Below, piece by piece: positions 34,776 to 42,119 of a stretch of 42,119 bases of DNA. The notes beneath the pieces were generated by a model. It saw only the letters and a program-made list of their open reading frames with translations, had not been told where the DNA came from and did not search any database. The translations under genes were made by a program, and so were the position numbers. How positions within the stretch are numbered: the first letter of the stretch is position 1; every line of letters begins with the position of its first letter. The stretch lies in the NCBI GenBank assembly GCA_947628985.1, contig CANRCA010000002.1, positions 1 through 42,119 of the forward strand, in the 5' to 3' direction. The DNA is from an uncultured Bacilli bacterium (lineage in GTDB: Bacteria; Bacillota_I; Bacilli_A; RF39; UBA660).

Positions 34776-35417
34776 TTAAATACCATGTTGTAATTTAATT
34801 AGTTTATTTCTATAAAAAGGTATAAATATTAAACAAGTTATTAAAACTAATGCAATTTTAATACCATAATTAATTCCAAAATCATATAATTTATCAACTA
34901 ATGTTTTTTCTTTTTGTTGATTTTCTTGTTCATTTTCTTTATCTTGCACTATTATATTATCATAATTTTCTTTAGCTGTATTTAATAATTCTAAAGTAAC
35001 TTTACTTGATGTAAATTGAGATGAACACATTTTTATTTTATCTTCATATCCAGCACATTCAACACTATTATAATATGGATTAAAGTATTGTAAATTTATA
35101 AACATTGTTCTAAGTCTTATATCACATCCATCATTACCATATATATAAATAGCCATATATGTTCCTTCTTTTACATCATCAATTACAATTTCGCCATTTG
35201 AATTTCTATTATATTCTTTATCTTCAAACATAGCATATAATCCATCTACTACATTATATAAAGTAATTGTATATGTATTTTTCCCTTCATTAAATGAATA
35301 ATCACTTTGTATATTATTTGAATATTCTGAATATTCTTCATTTTTATCACGATTGCATTCTTCTGCATTAATAATAAATGGTAAAACTAATAATATAGAC
35401 ACTAATATTTTTTTCAT
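34776..35417 (-). CDS. Small secreted Cys-containing protein with a C-terminal TM anchor (divergent family member 3)
   Basis: Same layout as the other members: signal peptide, AEECNRDKNEEYSEYSNNIQSDYSF, GCDIRLRTMFINLQYFNPYYNSVECAGYEDKIKMCSSQF, an acidic/Q-rich linker and a C-terminal TM. ATGA overlap with the sortase gene. Confidence 0.65.
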   Translation of the reverse strand: MKKILVSILLVLPFIINAEECNRDKNEEYSEYSNNIQSDYSFNEGKNTYTITLYNVVDGLYAMFEDKEYNRNSNGEIVIDDVKEGTYMAIYIYGNDGCDIRLRTMFINLQYFNPYYNSVECAGYEDKIKMCSSQFTSSKVTLELLNTAKENYDNIIVQDKENEQENQQKEKTLVDKLYDFGINYGIKIALVLITCLIFIPFYRNKLIKLQHGI

Positions 35418-37045
35418 TCTTCCTCCTCTAATAATACTGCATGTACAACTAATCTTCTATTATTTCCTGTTGCACATGTAGATAGTGTTAATATTTTATC
35501 ATCTTCATCCACATCAACACCTAAATTAAACATACTTCTATTTTTAATTAATTTAATAAAATCTTTTTTTTCAGCTTGTGATTCAAAATTAATTTTTAAA
35601 TAATCTGTTGTATAATCTACTTTATATATTGAAAATATTTTAAATTTATAATTACCATTTTCTGTATCTAATGAAATAATCATATTTTCTTCATTACTTC
35701 TCCATGAAGAATTTAATACTTTTTTCAGTGTTCCAAACATAGTTCCATTTAACATACTATGCCCATAAATAATTGTATTATCATTTAATTCTTTATAATT
35801 ATTTCTATAATCTAAATATATCCATCCTATTGTATTTTTCTTTTTATATATATCATGTGTCAAATAATAATTATTATCACTATGTTGAAGTACTGGATAA
35901 TATATATTTGTATCTTTTACCATTAAATATCCTACTGTTTCATTATTAATTGATTTTAATACTCCAAGTGAATTATCAAATTTATATTTAGATACTATAT
36001 CTTCTTTAGGTTCTTCTGCATCTATATCTACATCTATATCATCTTCTGTTAATTCAAAGTTTCCTTCTATTATATCTTGTTCTGTTCTATTAGTATTTGA
36101 AGCATACGATTGATTAAATAAATCCATATTTAATTTATCTACACTTAATTTTTCAATATAATCATATGATTTAACTATTACTAAACAAACTATACATACA
36201 TATACAGATAATACACTTATTAATTTTAAGTTATTAAATGTTAATTGTTTAAATAAATTATTTTTTAAAAATGAATTAGCATAAATAATTCTAAATTCAC
36301 ATGTATAATCTTTTTTACATTGTTTACTTAATCCTTTAAGCCATTCAAAGTTATTAACAATAAAATTTCCCTTATCATATTCTTGATGTAAAAATACAAT
36401 TACATTTCTAGATTCATCATTTTTAACTAAATTAACTATAGACTTAATTAATTCTTTTGAATATACATATACATGTATAGCTTTTAAATTATAATTAATA
36501 TTTAAAAATTCTCTTAAATCATCTATTAATTCTGGATAATCTTCTTTTATTTTAATTACTTTTTTATAATATAATGTATCATTTTCAAAAGCATCTTGTT
36601 GTGTTGCAAACCTAAATGATATATTTTTTGGTAATGATGTAACAACATTTATATCTTTTAAATTAAATTTTTTTCTAACTCCTATTGGCATATAATAACA
36701 ATATATATTTTTAATTTCAGTATTTAAAAATAATTCATAATCTTGTAAACTTATAGTAGAAGAAAAATCTAAATATAAATCTGTTATTTCTAAAAATCTA
36801 ATTAATGAAAGAACATATTTAAAATTAATTAATCTAAGTATTCTTAAAGTATCAATATTTTCATTTTCTTTTATTAATTTACCTATTATTTCAGTTAAAT
36901 GTCTTTTATAGTATTTAAATGTATAAAAAAGAGAATTTTTGTAAAATTTATTTTTATTAACAAAAACTTTTTCATCATTTTTAACTTGTCTATAGTTAAA
37001 AACCAAAGAATTATTTATAATTGCTAATACTATATATTCTTTCAC
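35414..37045 (-). CDS. srtB: Class B sortase with a roughly 270-aa N-terminal cytoplasmic extension
   Basis: GTG start with a GGAG RBS. Central TM LISVLSVYVCIVCLVIV. The C-terminal domain carries SrtB blocks: VGYLMVKDTNIYYPVLQHSDNNYYLTHD, GWIYLDYRN, TIIYGHSMLNGTMFGTLKK (catalytic His), LTLSTCA (catalytic Cys) and RRLVVHAVL (Arg). Residues 1-270 match nothing I recognise. Confidence 0.8.
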   Translation of the reverse strand: MKEYIVLAIINNSLVFNYRQVKNDEKVFVNKNKFYKNSLFYTFKYYKRHLTEIIGKLIKENENIDTLRILRLINFKYVLSLIRFLEITDLYLDFSSTISLQDYELFLNTEIKNIYCYYMPIGVRKKFNLKDINVVTSLPKNISFRFATQQDAFENDTLYYKKVIKIKEDYPELIDDLREFLNINYNLKAIHVYVYSKELIKSIVNLVKNDESRNVIVFLHQEYDKGNFIVNNFEWLKGLSKQCKKDYTCEFRIIYANSFLKNNLFKQLTFNNLKLISVLSVYVCIVCLVIVKSYDYIEKLSVDKLNMDLFNQSYASNTNRTEQDIIEGNFELTEDDIDVDIDAEEPKEDIVSKYKFDNSLGVLKSINNETVGYLMVKDTNIYYPVLQHSDNNYYLTHDIYKKKNTIGWIYLDYRNNYKELNDNTIIYGHSMLNGTMFGTLKKVLNSSWRSNEENMIISLDTENGNYKFKIFSIYKVDYTTDYLKINFESQAEKKDFIKLIKNRSMFNLGVDVDEDDKILTLSTCATGNNRRLVVHAVLLEEEE

Positions 37046-37101
37046 ATTAATCTCCTATTATATATATAATAACATAAAAATCTTTTTAATAAAAGATAAT
37101 G

Positions 37102-37617
37102 CTATTCGATTTCATATTTTTCTATTAAATTATTAAATGCTTTATAATCAACCATTTTAAGTTCACTACTATAAGCTTCAACTGCTTCTCCATTTTTAAT
37201 ATAAATAAACATTGGAGCAGCAACTATTTGATCACTAATATTTGAAAATTTATTTTTTAAAATATCTAAATATGAATCTTTATATTCTGCTATATTCCAA
37301 TAAGTAATCTTATCCATTAAATTTTTATTTTTTATTTCTTTATATAATTTCTTTTCCATACTATGTACTTTAGATGAACCAGTATAACTTACTATTAATA
37401 TGGCTTCATTAGTTTCAGAAAAACTAAATTTTAAATCATCAGAAGATATTTGATTAATTTTATTATCATAAAAAATAGTATGATTTAATTCATTTACTTG
37501 ATAATTTAAATAAAATGCACGAATATATAAAGTAATTACAATAGTTAATATTGATACTAGTATTACTATAAAATAATTTTTATTAGATGTTTTTAAAATA
37601 TTTTTTAAGCTTTTCAT
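37102..37617 (-). CDS. Membrane-anchored thioredoxin-fold-like protein lacking cysteines (tentative)
   Basis: N-terminal TM. The pattern AILIVSYTGSSKVHSMEKKLYKEI ... APMFIYIKNGEAVE resembles the thioredoxin beta-alpha-beta plus cis-Pro beta-strand layout. However, GSSK occupies the CxxC position and the protein has no Cys. Confidence 0.3.
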   Translation of the reverse strand: MKSLKNILKTSNKNYFIVILVSILTIVITLYIRAFYLNYQVNELNHTIFYDNKINQISSDDLKFSFSETNEAILIVSYTGSSKVHSMEKKLYKEIKNKNLMDKITYWNIAEYKDSYLDILKNKFSNISDQIVAAPMFIYIKNGEAVEAYSSELKMVDYKAFNNLIEKYEIE

Positions 37618-37661
37618 ATTTTTTCTCCTAATTTAATATATCATATTTTTAAATTTATTTA

Positions 37662-37689
37662 AATAAAAATGTGGATTAATTACCACATC
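37662..37689 (-). terminator. Terminator after the 1201-aa gene
   Basis: The - strand reads atgtgg-taattaat-ccacat followed by ttttattt, starting 2 nt after the stop at 37691. Confidence 0.45.
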
Positions 37690-37690
37690 T

Positions 37691-40600
37691 TTATTTATTT
37701 TTATTATAATCTGAAATTCCATCACCTTTATTTACTACAATGCCATAATTTGTTGATCCTCCAGCTCTAATATTATTTAAGAATTCGCTTTGGCAATTAA
37801 AGTATTTTCCATCTTTAATTTCACAATTTCTTAATGAATTATCAGTATAATTTTTATTTTTATTATAATTTTTTATTGTTGTTATTGCTTCAGGTGTTAG
37901 TTCAAAACTATATTCTAAATATTCATCTGATGTAATAATAGAATTAGAAGATGCTTCTATTTCTTCTCTAGCTTGTTGTCCTTCTGGAGTAGACCAATTA
38001 TTTTCTCTATCTAATCCATTTGGAAATAAATTATTTAAATCAACATTTCTAAAAATTGTATTTCCATTTCCAGTATTATTTTCATATATTGTAACATTAG
38101 GTACTTTAACATTAATATAACAACTAAAACTATTTTTTTCTTTTAATTTTTGTACAAAACTATCTGATGTATTATTTCTATAATAAGTTCTTATAGTATT
38201 AGTATCATAGCTTTGAGTTACAGGACATTCACGAATACTATTATTAGATGTTTTATTGCAACTATTATATGCATTTTTAGATAGTGGATAAGTATAATCA
38301 TCTAATTTAATTAAATCACTACTATTTTCTAATGCTTTTCTTACTCTTCCTGTATATGATTCTGTTTCAAATTTACTATTATTATAAAATCCTATATTAC
38401 TAGTTACTTCAAAAGCAGCAAAATCATTTTTTGGTATTTCAGTATTTATAATATTTTTAAAGCTTGTTGAGAATGATTTACCACTAACACTAGCAACATC
38501 ATTTTTACCAATAGAATTATTATTGTCAAAACTACTTAAATTGTAATCTTCTTTAGTACTTGAATAATTTAAACAATCATTTACATCACCAGTACAATAT
38601 TTTATATTTAAATTTTCTACATCACTATTAATAGTTTTATCTACTTCTATATCAGATTTATTTGTTCCTACATAATTATTGTTATCAATATATTGAGCTC
38701 CACCTTTATATTCTATATTACTACTCCAAATATCATCATTTTTTGATGAAACTGCAAAACCATAATTATTATTTTCAGAATATAAATTTTGTATATTTTT
38801 AAATACATTTCCTACTTTATTATCTTTTGGTTTATTAATATTACTTGGCATATCTTTAATAAAGTTACAATTGTATAAATCATATATTAATTCATTTAAG
38901 TTTTCTGTTCTTTGTCCTTCTTTATAATTTTTTAAAGCAAGAACAGCAAATAATGATTTCCAATTATCTATTTCATCAAATGTACTATATCCAGCATTTT
39001 TTAAATCATTTTCTGTTATACCATATTTATCTTTCCAACTATTGTCTTTCTTAAATGAATTGTTATCATAGAATATTTGTGATACACATGTTCTTTTTAC
39101 TTTAATACCACTAGATAATTTTTTAGTTTCTGTATTAAATGCTTCAAATGGTTTTATATCATATGTAAATGTTTCACCAGATGCAGAATTTATTCTATCT
39201 GCTAAATAATAATCAACTTCATCACTACAATATACTCTACATAAATCAGTATTTACTCCAAAATATGAACTATAATCATAATAATTTTTTCTTTCATTTG
39301 AACCCATATTAGCAATACAACTAAGTGATGGATCTTTTACATATCCACTATAGTAACCATTTGTAGTAGCGTTGCTATTACATTTACCATATGATTCTCT
39401 TAAATTATAATTATCACATCCGCCACTACAAGTTACTTTTATTTCATAATCTTTTGGACTATTCCAACTTTGTTCTGTTTCATTATAGTCAGAACTATTA
39501 TCAGTATTTTTATTTGTTCCAAATGAGAATAATATTTGATTATCTTTATTTGAACATGATACATATTTATCAACTGTATTTTTAGTTCTAGATACTGGTG
39601 TTCTAATAATTACATGATATGTATTATATAATTCTTTAATTTCTTCATCACAAACTGCAAATGGAATTATTTCATGTTCTACTGTTCCTTTAGAACCATC
39701 AAAATATGCGTTTTCATCATTAATAATTCCATCACATTCTTCTGCTACTTTATTATCTTTATCAGGTCTACAATAAACATAATTTTTATTACCTTGACTA
39801 TCAACTGTATACCATTTATCAATTATTACATTACAATATTGTTTAATATATGCTTTTTCAGTATCCGTTAAATCTGTATATGTATCAATTTTATTACAAT
39901 TATATTTTAATTTCTTTTCAGTTACTATTTTATGTGGGAATGATAATTCTAATCTTGATTCTTCACCATCTGTTACTATTTCAACATCAGTTGGTTCAGC
40001 ATTTGTATCAATTCCTACTAATTCAGATAAATGTTCTTCCATTTTATCATTTCCAAAATAAGAACTAAAGAATAATGAGAAAGCATTTCTATAAGTTCCT
40101 TCTCCACATACTAAACCTAATGGAGCGCTTGAACATGTTATTTTATTAAAATATGTATTACTTTTACTTGCATCAATATAATTATTTTGTTCTGATTTTA
40201 TACTATTAAATAAGTAATTCATTATATAATCATGTGTGATTTTATATACATTAATTATACCATTTTTTGCATTATCAGATATATATGTTACTCTTCTATT
40301 ACAAACACCATTTTGAGATACTACATTTGCAACTCCAGTTCTAAGATCATAATAACCAGCTTGACCTGAATGGACTCCCCATAATCTTAACGCAAGTTGA
40401 GTATCTTGCTCTGAAATTGGGTAATTATTTTTTTGAGTTTGCCATGCTGATTCAATTAATATATTAGCAAAGCCACAATCTACAGTTCCTCTACTACTAG
40501 AACATTTTGAAACATCAAAATTTGTATCTACTCTATATCCTGCAGCACTATCAAAACCTTGATTTGGATTTACACAATATGCAGGGTCTCCATTAGCAGT

Positions 40601-41296
40601 TGTAAATGTTGGGGTACATACATTTAATTCTTCATCTTTAGGAGTACATTTATAAACAGGACATGTAAGCGTAAATTCTACACTACATGTACAATTACTA
40701 CTTCCTACTGCCTGATTACATGCATTTGTAAAATAATTTGTACTAGGTTCATCATTACCTGTAAATGTAAATTCATTATTCCAAGATTTTGTTGAAGAAC
40801 TTGAACTACTACATATACACATAGCTTCTCCATGAGGCCCTGTATTTCCATTTGGACGACAACCTGTTCCTCCAGAAGAACAAGGAACAACTCGTGAACT
40901 TGAACTAGTTACGGTATATGTACATGATGCTTTAGCAGTTATTTTAACATTTGGATCATCTTTATTACATCTTGTAAATGTTGTTTGTTCTGAACTTTTT
41001 GCATCTGCAGATTCCATTGAGCCAGATAACTGTTGATCTCTAATTGAAGTAATTCCATCAAAAGAATTTACACCACTTCCCCCAAATGTAGAAAAACCTA
41101 TCAATGTTGGATTATCATTATCACATATTTTTAATCTTGCATTCCAATCAGTTTGCCACTGACTTTGAGGATTTTCAGTTATTTTTTCACAAATAAGATC
41201 TTTTTCTGGATTACCATCTCCTATAGCAAAAATAATTGAAGAAAAAGCAAAAAATGAAAAAATTATAAATAGAAACTTTTTATTATTATTTTTCAT
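37691..41296 (-). CDS. Giant secreted cysteine-rich protein, copy A (1201 aa), unknown family
   Basis: Signal peptide MKNNNKKFLFIIFSFFAFSSIIFAIG. Cys-rich throughout. Collinear paralog of 30125..34012. The start is coupled (TAATG) to the preceding 221-aa gene. Confidence 0.8.
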   Translation of the reverse strand: MKNNNKKFLFIIFSFFAFSSIIFAIGDGNPEKDLICEKITENPQSQWQTDWNARLKICDNDNPTLIGFSTFGGSGVNSFDGITSIRDQQLSGSMESADAKSSEQTTFTRCNKDDPNVKITAKASCTYTVTSSSSRVVPCSSGGTGCRPNGNTGPHGEAMCICSSSSSSTKSWNNEFTFTGNDEPSTNYFTNACNQAVGSSNCTCSVEFTLTCPVYKCTPKDEELNVCTPTFTTANGDPAYCVNPNQGFDSAAGYRVDTNFDVSKCSSSRGTVDCGFANILIESAWQTQKNNYPISEQDTQLALRLWGVHSGQAGYYDLRTGVANVVSQNGVCNRRVTYISDNAKNGIINVYKITHDYIMNYLFNSIKSEQNNYIDASKSNTYFNKITCSSAPLGLVCGEGTYRNAFSLFFSSYFGNDKMEEHLSELVGIDTNAEPTDVEIVTDGEESRLELSFPHKIVTEKKLKYNCNKIDTYTDLTDTEKAYIKQYCNVIIDKWYTVDSQGNKNYVYCRPDKDNKVAEECDGIINDENAYFDGSKGTVEHEIIPFAVCDEEIKELYNTYHVIIRTPVSRTKNTVDKYVSCSNKDNQILFSFGTNKNTDNSSDYNETEQSWNSPKDYEIKVTCSGGCDNYNLRESYGKCNSNATTNGYYSGYVKDPSLSCIANMGSNERKNYYDYSSYFGVNTDLCRVYCSDEVDYYLADRINSASGETFTYDIKPFEAFNTETKKLSSGIKVKRTCVSQIFYDNNSFKKDNSWKDKYGITENDLKNAGYSTFDEIDNWKSLFAVLALKNYKEGQRTENLNELIYDLYNCNFIKDMPSNINKPKDNKVGNVFKNIQNLYSENNNYGFAVSSKNDDIWSSNIEYKGGAQYIDNNNYVGTNKSDIEVDKTINSDVENLNIKYCTGDVNDCLNYSSTKEDYNLSSFDNNNSIGKNDVASVSGKSFSTSFKNIINTEIPKNDFAAFEVTSNIGFYNNSKFETESYTGRVRKALENSSDLIKLDDYTYPLSKNAYNSCNKTSNNSIRECPVTQSYDTNTIRTYYRNNTSDSFVQKLKEKNSFSCYINVKVPNVTIYENNTGNGNTIFRNVDLNNLFPNGLDRENNWSTPEGQQAREEIEASSNSIITSDEYLEYSFELTPEAITTIKNYNKNKNYTDNSLRNCEIKDGKYFNCQSEFLNNIRAGGSTNYGIVVNKGDGISDYNKNK

Positions 41297-41961
41297 TATT
41301 TATTTCCTTCTTTCTTTTTTATTGATTTTACTTTAACAAAATAAATTATAGTAATAATTATTAAAGGTATTAAAATATAAATACTATATTCTAAAATTTT
41401 TAATAAAACTTCTGATAAAGTTAATTTATCTCCGTTTATATCTTGAGCATATTCTTTTAAAATATCATTAAATTCTTCTCTATCTATATTTTTAGTAGCA
41501 TCAGTAAATGTTTGACATAATTCATGTTCTGGATATTTTTCACAATAATCTGTTTTTATATAATCATTATATGGTGGAACTGTATATTTCAAAGTCTTTA
41601 AAAGTTCATTATTACAACTACTTTTTTCATTTCCATATATTTCAATTATATATGTTTCTGCATCTATATTTGTATAACATCCAAGTCCATATATACCAGC
41701 ACTTTCATAATTTTTACCATCTGTTTTATATCCTGTACCATCTGTTACTTGTATTTTTATATCATCTCTCATTGGAGTAATAGAAAGAAAATATGCAAAT
41801 TTATTATCATCAGAAATATCATTATCTTCTTTAAATAATACTTTTACATTTGTAGCCCATTCATTTAATTCTTCATCATTACATATTGCTTTTACATTTT
41901 CAAAATGAAATATAAAACACATAAATATTAAAATATAAAATAGTTTTTTTATTTTAATCAC
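41296..41961 (-). CDS. Small secreted Cys-containing protein with a C-terminal TM anchor (family member 1)
   Basis: GTG start per the track. AICNDEELNEWATNVKVLF, GCYTNI, SCNNELLKTLKYTVPPYN, YCEKYPEHELCQTFTD, then a C-terminal TM and a KVKSIKKKEGNK tail. Confidence 0.7.
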   Translation of the reverse strand: MIKIKKLFYILIFMCFIFHFENVKAICNDEELNEWATNVKVLFKEDNDISDDNKFAYFLSITPMRDDIKIQVTDGTGYKTDGKNYESAGIYGLGCYTNIDAETYIIEIYGNEKSSCNNELLKTLKYTVPPYNDYIKTDYCEKYPEHELCQTFTDATKNIDREEFNDILKEYAQDINGDKLTLSEVLLKILEYSIYILIPLIIITIIYFVKVKSIKKKEGNK

Positions 41962-42119
41962 CTACTCTTTAAATAATTATAACATTTATTATTTACTTTT
42001 TCTACTAGTTTTTGTTAGACTGTTATGAAAAATTATTATAATTTTTATCTCTTATGAACAAAAGTGCTGATGGATATTTTCAAATATAACCAAGTGTGAT
42101 ATAATTAACTCGTTAGATA

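Noticed and set aside
39391-40890. Four short ORFs (64, 65, 72 and 61 aa) inside or antisense to the 1201-aa gene, plus 41508..41780 antisense to the 221-aa gene
   Set aside because: Same reasoning as above: they are embedded in well-supported long CDSs and low in complexity.
41976-41984. Extended -10 (TGTTATAAT, - strand) upstream of the 221-aa gene as the island promoter
   Set aside because: It lies only about 15 nt from the GTG start, which leaves no room for a leader with the RBS. The operon may also continue beyond the window end, so the true promoter cannot be located.
1-42119. Search for CRISPR arrays, tRNA/rRNA genes, transposases, integrases, toxin-antitoxin or restriction-type defence genes
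   Set aside because: None recognised. The only repeats seen are the paralogous gene segments, the (TA)n tracts and the terminator module reported above. The island shows no obvious mobility genes within the window.

Overview
Very AT-rich (roughly one quarter G+C by eye), almost fully coding chromosomal window from a monoderm, Bacillota-like organism. I cannot name the species. All genes are on the - strand except three. No rRNA, tRNA, CRISPR array, transposase or integrase was recognised.

Left half (1-20 kb) is cell-envelope polymer biogenesis:
- an isolated rpsP plus KH-protein pair
- a complete poly(glycerol-phosphate)-type wall teichoic acid cluster: tagO, a cluster-embedded gpsA, three TagB/TagF-family genes (one fused to a GT2), tagD, a GT2, and tagG/tagH
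- a divergent + strand trio: an SH3b/GH73-like/cadherin-like/dockerin autolysin, a membrane-anchored cohesin-like protein and an LCP ligase
- an LtaS-type synthase with a coupled unknown gene

Right half (about 20-42 kb) is the part worth a second look, a co-directional surface-appendage island:
- a monocistronic modular type IV pilin carrying GLUG repeats. A truncated paralog lies at the window start. Both have (TA)n tracts in their promoter spacers and share a near-identical linker block.
- a Tad/Flp-like assembly operon: two CpaB-like proteins, TadA, TadB, TadC, a small Cys-containing candidate pilin, two further small proteins with the same unusual N-terminal M-[KR]-E-[AS]-x-x-G motif, a degenerate TadZ-like protein and a small 2-TM protein. 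No prepilin peptidase is in the window.
- directly upstream, a duplicated module pairing a giant (about 1200-1300 aa) extremely cysteine-rich secreted protein of no family I recognise with a small tail-anchored Cys protein.
- between the two module copies, a class B sortase carrying a roughly 270 aa N-terminal cytoplasmic extension and a Cys-less thioredoxin-fold-like protein.

I regard the Tad-like machine plus the giant Cys-rich protein modules as the candidate undescribed system. All functional links within it are inference from gene order and motifs only.
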